From Gemmatimonadota bacterium (GTDB taxonomy: Bacteria; Gemmatimonadota; Gemmatimonadetes; Palauibacterales; Palauibacteraceae): 54,723 bases of DNA. Both the position numbers and the translations under genes were made by a program. The notes below the pieces were generated by a model. It saw only the letters and a program-made list of their open reading frames with translations, did not search any database and had not been told where the DNA came from. Numbering within the stretch: the first letter of the stretch is position 1; each line of letters opens with the position of its first letter. Positions 40,404 through 49,503 of this stretch are shown here, piece by piece. The stretch is taken from positions 1 through 54,723 of the forward strand of contig JAWWCR010000003.1 of NCBI GenBank assembly GCA_033720355.1, given 5' to 3'.

Positions 40404-41075
40404 ATGAGCAATCAGTACGAGTTGATGACGCTCTTCACCGACGGCGGATTCATGATGTATCCGCTCGTCCTGTGCTCTCTCGTGGCACTCGGCGTCATCA
40501 TCGCGAAGGTCTGGACGCTTTTCGTCGCGCACCGCGACTCCCGCAAGCTCCTCCACGACATCGAAGACCTGACTCAGGGCGGACGCCTGCCCGACGCGAT
40601 CGAGCTCGCCGAGAACACCCGCGGGCCCGTCGCCGCGATCCTGCTGGCCGGGCTTCGCCGCGTCCAGGAGCGTCAGGCGGGCGGGCAGGGCTCGGCTAAG
40701 GACGTGCAGAAGGCGATCAGCACGACCGGCATCATCGAGCTCGACTTCCTCGAGCGCGGACTGGCCGTCCTCGGCACGATCGCCAACGTGGCCCCCATGC
40801 TCGGCTTCCTGGGGACCGTCATCGGGATGATCCTCGCCTTCCAGGCGATCGAGATCGCCGGCCAGGTCGACCCGCAGCTCGTGGCAAGCGGTATCAAGGT
40901 CGCCCTGATCACCACGGCGACCGGTCTCACGATCGCCATCCCCGTCAACATCGCCTACAACTATTTCGTGACCCGCATCGACCGCCTCATCCAGGACATG
41001 GAGGAGGGGGCGCAAAAGGTCCTGAGCCTCATCTGGAGCATCGAGGACCGCGGCGGGTACGAGAGAGCCAGCTGA
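40404..41075 (+). CDS. exbB: MotA/TolQ/ExbB proton channel family protein
   Basis: Three TM helices. Conserved GTIANVAPMLGFLGTVIGMI and ALITTATGLTIAIP motifs. Confidence 0.9.
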   Translation: MSNQYELMTLFTDGGFMMYPLVLCSLVALGVIIAKVWTLFVAHRDSRKLLHDIEDLTQGGRLPDAIELAENTRGPVAAILLAGLRRVQERQAGGQGSAKDVQKAISTTGIIELDFLERGLAVLGTIANVAPMLGFLGTVIGMILAFQAIEIAGQVDPQLVASGIKVALITTATGLTIAIPVNIAYNYFVTRIDRLIQDMEEGAQKVLSLIWSIEDRGGYERAS

Positions 41076-41140
41076 CGTCCGCGGGTCCCGCACGGGGCCC
41101 GGTTCACGCACGCCAGGACAGCCGAAGAGGGATCACGCAA

Positions 41141-41563
41141 ATGGCGATCATGAAACGTAAGCAGAAGGTGTCGGACGAGATTCCGACCGCATCGATGGCC
41201 GACATCGCCTTCTTGCTTCTCGTGTTCTTCCTCACCACGACGGTGTTCAACGAGGAGAAGGGCCTGCCGATCGTCCTGCCCGAGCAGGCCGAAGAGCAGG
41301 AAGTCTCTCCGAAGAACCTGATCTTCTTCATGGTGCAGCCCGACGGGCGCGTCGTCATTCGCCGCGGCGAGAGCGAGCAGGAGCAGACGGTCTCGTACAA
41401 CGAGGTCGAGGGCATCCTGCGGCAGGAGCTTCTCGCCAACCCGAATCTGATCGCGGCCGTCCAGACGCACCCGCAGGCCGCCTACCGGCACATGGTCAAC
41501 GTCCTCGATGAGGTGAAGTCCGCGGGCGCCGAGCGAATTTCCCTGCAGGAACTGGAGAACTAG
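41141..41563 (+). CDS. exbD: Biopolymer transporter ExbD/TolR
   Basis: IPTASMADIAFLLLVFFL with the conserved TM Asp. Periplasmic domain of typical size. Confidence 0.9.
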   Translation: MAIMKRKQKVSDEIPTASMADIAFLLLVFFLTTTVFNEEKGLPIVLPEQAEEQEVSPKNLIFFMVQPDGRVVIRRGESEQEQTVSYNEVEGILRQELLANPNLIAAVQTHPQAAYRHMVNVLDEVKSAGAERISLQELEN

Positions 41564-41565
41564 AC

Positions 41566-42012
41566 GTGGCCATCAAGGGTGGCGGCTTCAGCCGCAAATC
41601 GGGCACGGGCAGCGAGATTCCGACCTCGTCGATGGCGGACATCGCGTTCCTGCTGTTGATCTTCTTCATGGTGACGACCGTTTTCCGGAAAGAGCGCAAG
41701 GTCAACATCGACTGGACCGAGGCGCAGGCCACGGAGAAGATCGACGAGAAGCGCAAGAACATCCTCCACATCTGGATCGACCGCGCCGGTACGGTCCACA
41801 TCAACGATCAGCTGATTCCATTCGAGGATATATCGGAGATCGTGCGGCCCCTTTACGCCGAGAACCGCGAGCTGGTGATCGCTCTGCGGGGGGACCGCGA
41901 AGTTCCGTATTCCCAGATCAACACGATCACCGAGGAGTTGCAGGAGGCCGGAGCGGTTCGCGTCACGTTCGCGACCCGGCTCGAGCAGCGCGCGGCGCGC
42001 GCACGGCGCTGA
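41566..42012 (+). CDS. exbD: Biopolymer transporter ExbD/TolR (second paralog)
   Basis: IPTSSMADIAFLLLIFFMV. GTG 41566 lies 2 nt after the upstream stop. Confidence 0.9.
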   Translation: MAIKGGGFSRKSGTGSEIPTSSMADIAFLLLIFFMVTTVFRKERKVNIDWTEAQATEKIDEKRKNILHIWIDRAGTVHINDQLIPFEDISEIVRPLYAENRELVIALRGDREVPYSQINTITEELQEAGAVRVTFATRLEQRAARARR

Positions 42013-42026
42013 TAGCGGAGGAGAGC

Positions 42027-42689
42027 ATGACAGAGCAGGCAGACGGCGTACGTAAGAACGCCAACGACAGGTTCAAGCAGACGAGCGGCACGTGGACGCA
42101 GATCGGCATCCTGACCGCCGTGATGCTGCACTTCGGGCTGTTCGTCCTGGTCCGGCCCTTCGAGGCCGCGGATCTGGGCGTCGTGGCGGAGGAGCTCACC
42201 GCGGTGACGCTGCCGCCCGAGGTCCGGATCCCGCCACCGCCCGAGCAGATCGCGCGTCCGGCCACACCGCGGGTCGCTTCCGTGGATGTCGCCGAGGATG
42301 TAACGATCGCTCCGACCACGTTCGAGACGAACCCGGTCGAAAACCTCCCGCCGCCGCCTTCGGGTGGCAGCCCGGCGGATCGCCCGTCGTTCATCCCCTA
42401 CGATACGCCTCCGGCGATGCGTAACCGTGGCGAGATCACGCAGCTTCTCCAGCGGTACTACCCGCGGAACCTCAAGGACGCCGGGGTGGGCGGTCGGGTC
42501 GAGCTGTGGCTCTACGTGAACGAGCAGGGGTCGGTCGAGCGGAGCGAGGTCAAGACCTCCGCCGGGAACGCCCTCCTCGACGAGGCGGCCCAGCGCGTGG
42601 CTGCCGAGATGCAGTTCACACCGGCGAAGAACCGCGACAAGGTGACCGCCGTTTGGGTGTCGCAGTGGATCACGTTCGAGGTCACCTGA
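42027..42689 (+). CDS. tonB: Energy transducer TonB
   Basis: N-terminal TM anchor, Pro-rich spacer (PPEVRIPPPPEQI), C-terminal TonB domain (YP...AGVGGRVELWLYVNEQGSV...S.G...LDEAA...A..M.F.PA.N). Confidence 0.85.
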   Translation: MTEQADGVRKNANDRFKQTSGTWTQIGILTAVMLHFGLFVLVRPFEAADLGVVAEELTAVTLPPEVRIPPPPEQIARPATPRVASVDVAEDVTIAPTTFETNPVENLPPPPSGGSPADRPSFIPYDTPPAMRNRGEITQLLQRYYPRNLKDAGVGGRVELWLYVNEQGSVERSEVKTSAGNALLDEAAQRVAAEMQFTPAKNRDKVTAVWVSQWITFEVT

Positions 42690-42736
42690 TCCGCTGACAC
42701 CGCCCGCCGGATCCTCCGTCCGGCGCCGACAGACGA

Positions 42737-42771
42737 GACGCCCGCCGTCGCTTCGCGCGACGACGGGCGTC
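42737..42771 (+). terminator. Strong 15-bp hairpin (one mismatch) after the first tonB, no U-tract
   Basis: GACGCCCGCCGTCGC-TTCGC-GCGACGACGGGCGTC. Confidence 0.4.
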
Positions 42772-42916
42772 CGTGCATCCAGGCGCGAACGCGTCCGCGT
42801 CGGGGAAGCCCGGTGTGTCCTTTCCGGCCCCGGCGGCGTCCCTGATACGGGAGCCGCCCGCCGAAGTGCAAGGTCGTCCAGGCTCGCTACGAGGCCATCT
42901 GCCAGGGAGGTGACGC

Positions 42917-43582
42917 ATGTCCGCACCCGAGCCCGCGAATCCGTCGATCCCCCTCACCGCGAACCAGCGCTTCAAGCACGGAAGCCCCGGCCGCACCGGA
43001 GTCGGCCTCCTGGGGGCCGTCGCCGTCCATGTCGGTCTGCTGATGGTCGTGCAGCCGTTCGAGATCCAGGATCTCGCCGCCGCCGAGGAGGAGGAGCTGC
43101 GCGTGGTGATCCCCGACGTGTCGCTGCCGGCGCCGCCGCCCGAGATCCCGCGGCCTTCGCTGCCGGTGGTCGGCGACCTGTCGATCGACCCGGACCGGAC
43201 GATCGCGGTCGTACCGTTCCGGGAGGTCGAGCTGCTTCCGGTCGGTCCGCCTCCGGTCGCCGCCGAGACGACCGGCGTCCGGTTCATCCCCTACGACACC
43301 GCGCCCGCGCTTCAGAACGAGGACGAGGTCGCCCGGGCGCTGCGGCGCGAGTATCCGTCCACCCTTCGGCGGACCGGGGTGGAGGGTCAGGTGGTGCTGT
43401 GGATGTACGTGGACGAAGAGGGGCAGGTCACGATGTCGGAGGTCATGCGGTCGAGCGGGACCCCGGCCCTCGATGAGGCCGCGCTCCGCGTGGCCGGGCG
43501 CATGCGGTTCTCTCCCGCGCTCAACCGTGATCGACCCACGGCCGTCTGGGTACAGCAGCTGGTCACGTTCCGCATCAGATAG
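42917..43582 (+). CDS. tonB: Energy transducer TonB (second paralog)
   Basis: Same architecture as the upstream TonB. SD GGGAGG lies 7 nt upstream of ATG 42917. Confidence 0.85.
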   Translation: MSAPEPANPSIPLTANQRFKHGSPGRTGVGLLGAVAVHVGLLMVVQPFEIQDLAAAEEEELRVVIPDVSLPAPPPEIPRPSLPVVGDLSIDPDRTIAVVPFREVELLPVGPPPVAAETTGVRFIPYDTAPALQNEDEVARALRREYPSTLRRTGVEGQVVLWMYVDEEGQVTMSEVMRSSGTPALDEAALRVAGRMRFSPALNRDRPTAVWVQQLVTFRIR

Positions 43583-43693
43583 AGGCGCGGCTCCCCGGCG
43601 AGGCGGGGGCGAGCTCGCGACCGTCGGGAGGGGGCGTCGATCCCGCGATAACTCGCATGAAACCGCGGGTTTGGGTAGACTGTGCCGGTGAGC

Positions 43694-44386
43694 ATGGAGC
43701 CGATGGCGGGGCGTCTCGCCGAAGTGCGCGAGCGTGTCGCGAGGGCGGCGGCCGGGGTCGGAAGGGACCCGGATGCGGTCGAGCTCCTGCCGGTCACGAA
43801 GGGGCACCCGGTCGCCGCGATCGAGGCGGTGGTCGAGTCGGGACTCGCGGCGATCGGCGAGAACCGCGTTCCCGAGGCTGCGGCGAAGCAGGCCGAGCTC
43901 GGGGGGCGGGCCGGCGTGAGGTGGCACCTGATCGGTCGGTTGCAGCGTAACAAGGCGCGACGCGCGATCCAGCTGTTCGACGTGATCGAGTCGGTCGACA
44001 GCCTGAAGCTCGCGCGCGCGCTCAGCCGTATCGCGCAGGAGGAGGAGCGCGAGTCGGTCGAGATCCTCCTCCAGGTGAACGCCGCGGGCGAGACGCAGAA
44101 GGCGGGCTTCGCCCCGGACGAGCTGCCCGGCGCGCTCGAGCAGGTGCTCGCGCTTCCGGCGCTCGGGGTGGCCGGTCTGATGACGATGGCGCCGTATACC
44201 GGCGACGAGAGGGTCCTCCGGGCCACGTTTCGGAGGATACGCGAGCTCTCGGAGCGGTGCGCGGCCGAGGTGCCCGGCTTCGAGGGCCGGGTCCTCTCGA
44301 TGGGGATGAGCAACGACTTCGAGATCGCGATCGAAGAGGGGAGCACCCGGGTGCGACTCGGAACGGTGCTACTGGGGGAGAGATGA
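43694..44386 (+). CDS. yggS: YggS family pyridoxal-phosphate-dependent protein
   Basis: LLPVTKGHP (PLP lysine), IGENRV, WHLIGRLQRNK, LSMGMSNDFE. Possible starts from 43682 to 43703. Confidence 0.9.
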   Translation: MEPMAGRLAEVRERVARAAAGVGRDPDAVELLPVTKGHPVAAIEAVVESGLAAIGENRVPEAAAKQAELGGRAGVRWHLIGRLQRNKARRAIQLFDVIESVDSLKLARALSRIAQEEERESVEILLQVNAAGETQKAGFAPDELPGALEQVLALPALGVAGLMTMAPYTGDERVLRATFRRIRELSERCAAEVPGFEGRVLSMGMSNDFEIAIEEGSTRVRLGTVLLGER

Positions 44387-45231
44387 TCGATCTGACACCG
44401 CTGGACGTCCGGAAGAAACGGGACGACTTCAAGCGCGCGGTACGTGGCTACGACCCCGTCCAGGTCGATGCGTTTCTCGAGCTGGTGTCGGACCGGCTCG
44501 AGCAGCTCCTTCGCGAGCACGGGACGCTCTCCGACCAGGTCGGGCACATGAAGAAGCAGCTCGAGACCTACCAGGAGCGCGAGAGGGCGCTGAACGAGGC
44601 GCTGCTCGCCGCGCAGGAGCTGCGTGAGGAGGCGCGCTCGCAATCCGAGCGCGATGCGGCGGTTCGACTGCGTGAGGCGGAGACGCACGCTGAGGCGATC
44701 CTGCTCGACGCGGACCAGGCAATCCGTCACTCGGCCCGTCGGCTGGAGGATCTGCGGGCCCGGCGCCGCCAGTTCCTGAAGTCGTTGCGCAGCGTCATGG
44801 AGCGGTTCGAGGACTATCTCGAGCTCGAAGAGACCCGTCTCGAGACCGAGCCCGAGGATATGGGCGATTTGCTCGAGCGGCTCGAGAGCGATCTGACGCC
44901 CGCGACGGAAGAGCCGGCGCGTCGCCACGAGACCCACGGGGGCGCCCCATCCGGCCCCGGGACGCCGCTCGGTGGTGCCGATGACTCGGGCGACGCGACG
45001 GTGGCGGTGGACGGCCGCGCCGACGCTCCCGGCGACCGGGTCGCCGACGCCGACTCGTTGTCCGCACCTTCGGCCAACGGACATGCCGAGCGGGCCGCCC
45101 GGTCCACGCCCGACGTGGCGGCTCCCGGGGAAGTCGAATCTGCAGAGGAGGCGGAGTCAGGGTCGCGCATAGCGACCCCCCACCCGATTACCGGCGGGGA
45201 CGCCGGGGTGACCGGGTCGTCCTCGAGCTGA
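44383..45231 (+). CDS. divIVA: DivIVA domain-containing protein
   Basis: ATGA overlap with yggS. N-terminus MIDLTPLDVRKKRDDFKRAVRGYDPVQVDAFL is the DivIVA lipid-binding domain signature. It is followed by a coiled coil and an acidic tail. Confidence 0.85.
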   Translation: MIDLTPLDVRKKRDDFKRAVRGYDPVQVDAFLELVSDRLEQLLREHGTLSDQVGHMKKQLETYQERERALNEALLAAQELREEARSQSERDAAVRLREAETHAEAILLDADQAIRHSARRLEDLRARRRQFLKSLRSVMERFEDYLELEETRLETEPEDMGDLLERLESDLTPATEEPARRHETHGGAPSGPGTPLGGADDSGDATVAVDGRADAPGDRVADADSLSAPSANGHAERAARSTPDVAAPGEVESAEEAESGSRIATPHPITGGDAGVTGSSSS

Positions 45232-45314
45232 CGTGACCCGCCCGCTTCGGGCCGCTTCCTCGCGGTCCGAGGCGAAGCTCGGAGATTCCAGCACAGAGTC
45301 GAGGGGTACTTGAG

Positions 45315-48300
45315 ATGGCCTATCGGCCACTGAACGAGTCCGTCGCCGGGCTCGAAGAAGATGTTCTGCGTATCTGGGACGAGGAGGACACGTTCCACCT
45401 GTCGCTCGCCGACCGGGCGCACGCACCGGAGTTCGTGTTCTTCGAAGGCCCGCCGACGGCGAACGGCAGACCCGGCGTCCACCACATCCTCGCGCGCACG
45501 ATCAAGGACCTGGTGGCGAGATTCCGTACCATGACCGGCCACCGGGTGGCGCGGAAGGCGGGGTGGGACACCCACGGGCTGCCCGTCGAGCTCGAGGCCG
45601 AGAAACAGCTCGGGATCTCGGGCAAGCAGCAGATCGAGGAGCTCGGGATCGCCGAGTTCAACGAGGTCTGCCGCAAGAACATCTTCACCTACCAGGACGA
45701 CTGGGAGAAGCTGTCGCGCCGGATCGGGTACTGGCTCGACTACGACGATCCGTATGTCACGTACTCGCGCGACTACATCGAGTCGTGCTGGTGGGCGCTC
45801 GCCGAGATTGACCGGCGCGGGCTTCTGTACCGCGGCTACCGGATCGTCCCGTACTGCCCGCGGTGCGGAACCGGGCTCTCGAGCCACGAGGTCGCGCAGG
45901 GATACGAGGTCGTCACCGAGCCGGCCGTGTTCGTGAAGTTCCACCTGGTCGACGACCCCGACGAAGCACGGATCCTCAGCTGGACGACGACGCCATGGAC
46001 GCTGCCGGGCAACCTGGCCCTCGCCGTCGGCGAGGACATCGAGTACGTGCGGCTGCGCGTCCTGCCCGATCGGCCCGCCGAGGACGGAGAGATGCCGAGG
46101 CGCCCCGGTCCCGGCGGCGCCGAGCCCGGCGAGGTGCTGATCGTGGCGAAGGCGCGTGCCGAGGCCGTCATGCAGCACCCGTACGACGTGGTCGGCGAGC
46201 TTCGGGGCGCCGATCTGGTGGGGTCGGCCTACCGGCCGCTCTTCCCGGGCGCGATCGAGCGCGGCGATTCGGCCGCCGCGTGGACCGTGCTGGCCGGCGA
46301 CTTCGTCTCGACCGAGGAGGGCACCGGCGTTGTCCACACGGCGGTGATGTACGGCGAGGACGACTATCGGCTCGGGGTCGAGGTGGGTCTTCCGCAACAC
46401 CACACCGTCGACGAGGACGGGCGCTTCACGGCCGAGGTGCCGGGCGGTCTCGCGGGGCTGCACGTGAAGGACCGCGATACCGAGAGGGCGATCCGCGACT
46501 GGCTGGTCGGGCGCGACCTCCTGTACCGACGCGACATGTACGAGCACAGCTACCCGCACTGCTGGCGCTGCGCCAGCGCGCTGCTCTACATGGCGCGCCA
46601 CTCGTGGTATATCCGCACGACCGAGGTGAAGGAGCAGCTGCTCGCGAACAACGGTGGCGTCGACTGGCACCCCCCCGAGATCGGGGCGGGCCGCATGGGC
46701 GAGTGGCTCGAGAACAACGTCGACTGGGCGCTGTCGCGCGAGCGGTACTGGGGCACCCCCCTCCCGATCTGGGTGTGCTCGGAGGAAGAGGCCCACCGGC
46801 TGGTGCTCGGCTCGTATCGGGAGCTCGCGAGCCACGCGGGGCCGCTGGACGACGACTTCGATCCGCATCGCCCGGGCATCGACGAGCTCGAGTGGGCGTG
46901 TGCCGAGGAAGGGTGCAGCGGGCGGATGCGCCGGGTGCCCGAGGTGGCCGATGCGTGGTTCGATTCGGGCGCGATGCCCTTCGCGCAGTGGCACCATCCG
47001 TTCGAGAACGCAGAGGCGTTCGAGCGCTACTTCCCGGCCGACTACATCGCCGAGGGCGTGGACCAGACCCGTGGCTGGTTCTACTCGCTGCTCGCGATCT
47101 CGACGATCCTGTTCGAGCGGTCGCCCTACAGGGCCGTCGTGGTGAACGACATGATCCTCGACGCCCACGGGCAGAAGATGTCGAAGTCGCGCGGCAACGT
47201 CGTCGACCCCTGGGACGCGATCGAGGAATACGGGGCCGACGTCATCCGCTACTACCTCATCGCGGGGTCGAACCCGTGGCTCCCGAAGCGCTGGGATCCG
47301 GCGGCGTTGCGCGAGACCGAACGGAAGCTGTTCTCGACGCTCCGCCACACGTACCGCTTCTTCGCCCTTTACGCGAACGAGGAGGGGTGGCGGCACGGCG
47401 GGACGGAGGCGGGCCCGCCGGGACGGCTCGACACGTGGGTCCTCGGGCGGCTCGACCGCCTCGTCGGACGGGTGCGAGCCGATCTCGAGGCGTACGACCT
47501 GACGCGGGCGGCCCGCAGGCTTCAGACGTTCGTCCTCGACGATCTGTCGAACTGGTACGTACGCCGCAGTCGCGACCGCTTCTGGGCGACGGGCGAGAAC
47601 GCTGACCCCGGAGACACCGCCAGGGCGTTCGAGACGCTGTACGAGTGTCTCGCCACGACTGCCCTTCTGCTGGCGCCATTCGCGCCGCTGCTCGCCGACT
47701 GGCTGTACCGGTCGCTCGCGGACGGCGCGTCGGCGCACCGGGCCGACTTCCCCGTCGACCGCGGGCGCTTCGATCACGAGCTCGACCAGGCGATGGAGGA
47801 CACCCGCGAGCTCGCCGCGCTGGGACGCGCCGCGCGCGAGGAAGCGGGGGTGAGGACCCGTCAGCCACTCTCCGCGGTCCACGCGGTGGTGCCCGGCGGG
47901 CGACGGCTGCCGGACGCGCTGAACTCCCTGCTCGCCGAGGAGCTCAACGTCAAAAAGGTTGTTTTCTTGAGCGACAGCGGCGATCTTCTTAGGCTGTCCG
48001 CGAAAGCGAAGTTCGGCGCTCTGGGCCCGAAACACGGCGCCGAGACGCCCGCCGTCGCGAAGGCGGTAGCGGCGCTCGACGGCGGAGATCTCGCCCGGTT
48101 GAGGGAGGGCGCGACGATCGAGCTCGACGTGGACGGGAGGGTGGTCGAGATCGAGCCCGCCGATGTCGAGATCCTCGAGCACGCGCAAACGGATCTCGCG
48201 ATGGCCAGCGGTCACGGATACGTCGCGGCGCTCGACACCGAGATCGATGAGGCGTTGCGGTCCGAGGGTCTCGCGCGCGAGATCGTGAACCGGGTCCAGC

Positions 48301-48545
48301 GTCTGCGCCGGGAGGCCGGTCTCGAAGTCGCCGACCGGATCCGCTTGAGCGTCGCGGGGGCGGAAGAGGTCGAGAAGGCGGCCCGCGAGCACGTCGACTA
48401 CATCGCCGGCGAGACGCTGGCGATCGATGTCGATGTCGGCAACGCGACGTCGTCGGCCATGCAGGTGGAGATCGATGATCTCGAGGCCATGATCGGGGTA
48501 GAGCGGGTGAGCGACCGGGGGTCGCTCCAGACAGGTGTGGAATGA
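45315..48545 (+). CDS. ileS: Isoleucine--tRNA ligase (long, Thermus/Bacteroidetes-like type)
   Basis: FEGPPTANGRPGVHHILARTIKD, editing CP1 domain, KMSKSRGN motif. 1076 aa. Confidence 0.95.
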   Translation: MAYRPLNESVAGLEEDVLRIWDEEDTFHLSLADRAHAPEFVFFEGPPTANGRPGVHHILARTIKDLVARFRTMTGHRVARKAGWDTHGLPVELEAEKQLGISGKQQIEELGIAEFNEVCRKNIFTYQDDWEKLSRRIGYWLDYDDPYVTYSRDYIESCWWALAEIDRRGLLYRGYRIVPYCPRCGTGLSSHEVAQGYEVVTEPAVFVKFHLVDDPDEARILSWTTTPWTLPGNLALAVGEDIEYVRLRVLPDRPAEDGEMPRRPGPGGAEPGEVLIVAKARAEAVMQHPYDVVGELRGADLVGSAYRPLFPGAIERGDSAAAWTVLAGDFVSTEEGTGVVHTAVMYGEDDYRLGVEVGLPQHHTVDEDGRFTAEVPGGLAGLHVKDRDTERAIRDWLVGRDLLYRRDMYEHSYPHCWRCASALLYMARHSWYIRTTEVKEQLLANNGGVDWHPPEIGAGRMGEWLENNVDWALSRERYWGTPLPIWVCSEEEAHRLVLGSYRELASHAGPLDDDFDPHRPGIDELEWACAEEGCSGRMRRVPEVADAWFDSGAMPFAQWHHPFENAEAFERYFPADYIAEGVDQTRGWFYSLLAISTILFERSPYRAVVVNDMILDAHGQKMSKSRGNVVDPWDAIEEYGADVIRYYLIAGSNPWLPKRWDPAALRETERKLFSTLRHTYRFFALYANEEGWRHGGTEAGPPGRLDTWVLGRLDRLVGRVRADLEAYDLTRAARRLQTFVLDDLSNWYVRRSRDRFWATGENADPGDTARAFETLYECLATTALLLAPFAPLLADWLYRSLADGASAHRADFPVDRGRFDHELDQAMEDTRELAALGRAAREEAGVRTRQPLSAVHAVVPGGRRLPDALNSLLAEELNVKKVVFLSDSGDLLRLSAKAKFGALGPKHGAETPAVAKAVAALDGGDLARLREGATIELDVDGRVVEIEPADVEILEHAQTDLAMASGHGYVAALDTEIDEALRSEGLAREIVNRVQRLRREAGLEVADRIRLSVAGAEEVEKAAREHVDYIAGETLAIDVDVGNATSSAMQVEIDDLEAMIGVERVSDRGSLQTGVE

Positions 48546-48922
48546 ACAAGAAAGAAAGAACCCACCTCGAGCAGCGACTCCTCAAGGAGCGCTCCCGGGT
48601 GTTGAAGGAGCTGGGTCACTACGACGAGTCCTTCTCGGATACGCTTCAGGGCGCCGACGGGAATCTGTCCGCCTACAGCTTCCACATGGCGGATCAGGGT
48701 ACGGACGCCATGGAGCGCGAGAAGCAGTTCCTCTTCGCGTCGAAGGAGGGCAGGCTCCTGTATCACATCGACGAAGCGTTGCGACGTCTCTACCGCACTC
48801 CCGACAAGTTCGGAACGTGCGAGGAGTGCGGCGACGACATCTCGTTCGAGCGGCTCGACGCGCTTCCGCACGCGAGGCTCTGCATCAAGTGCAAACAGCG
48901 CGAGGAGACGGGCGCCGCGTGA
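48542..48922 (+). CDS. TraR/DksA family C4-type zinc-finger protein
   Basis: CEECGDDISFERLDALPHARLCIKCK (CxxC-N17-CxxC). ATGA overlap with ileS. Confidence 0.85.
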   Translation: MNKKERTHLEQRLLKERSRVLKELGHYDESFSDTLQGADGNLSAYSFHMADQGTDAMEREKQFLFASKEGRLLYHIDEALRRLYRTPDKFGTCEECGDDISFERLDALPHARLCIKCKQREETGAA

Positions 48923-49503
48923 CCGATGCGGCGCCCCCTGACGGGAAGTCGCCGTCGAAGGTCCCTCTCACCGCCATCACCATGTCGGTGGTTCTCGCCC
49001 TCGACGTCGTGACGAAGCAGTGGATCGTCGACAACATGCCCCTCTACAGCCAGCGCAACGTCTGGGGCGATTTCTTCCGATTCACGTATACGCACAACCC
49101 GGGCGCGGCCTTCGGGATCGACATCGGCGAACACTCGCGGATCTTCTTCCTCGTCCTGTCGCTGATCGCCCTCGGCGTCCTCTTCTCGATCTACCGCCAG
49201 ACCCCCGCGTGGGACCGGCTGCGCGTGCTCGCGCTGTCGCTCGTGGCGGGCGGTGCGCTCGGCAACATCCTCGATCGGATCCGCTACGAGGCGGGCGTGG
49301 TCGACTTCCTCGACTTCGGGATCGGGACGAGCCGCTTCGCGGTGTTCAACATCGCCGACTCGGCCGTGACGGTCGGGGCGGCCCTCCTGCTGATCTCGTT
49401 CTGGCTCGAGGGCCGACGCGAACGCGAGGCCGAGAAGGCCGCCGAGGCCGAAGGGTCTTCGGGCGGACTCGGGCGCCGGGCGGAACCCGAGCCGGCCGAC
49501 TGA
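48919..49503 (+). CDS. lspA: Lipoprotein signal peptidase (signal peptidase II)
   Basis: GTGA overlap with the upstream gene. Motifs NPGAAFG, GGALGN..DR and FNIADS. Confidence 0.9.
   Translation: MTDAAPPDGKSPSKVPLTAITMSVVLALDVVTKQWIVDNMPLYSQRNVWGDFFRFTYTHNPGAAFGIDIGEHSRIFFLVLSLIALGVLFSIYRQTPAWDRLRVLALSLVAGGALGNILDRIRYEAGVVDFLDFGIGTSRFAVFNIADSAVTVGAALLLISFWLEGRREREAEKAAEAEGSSGGLGRRAEPEPAD

Noticed and set aside
45232-45314. T-box leader upstream of ileS
   Set aside because: The intergenic region is only 83 nt, with short unrelated hairpins. That is far too short for a T-box, and no T-box sequence motif is seen.
45450-45500. IleRS HIGH motif reads GVHH instead of HxGH
   Set aside because: From memory, the PG(I/V)HH variant is typical of this long IleRS clade (for example Bacteroidetes-type enzymes). 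It is probably lineage-normal rather than a defect. An alignment would confirm this.
44814-48392. 1192-aa ORF on the minus strand covering almost all of ileS
   Set aside because: This is a shadow ORF typical of very GC-rich DNA. The plus strand encodes an unmistakable IleRS with high GC3. The antisense product is R/P/G/L-rich with no recognisable domain.
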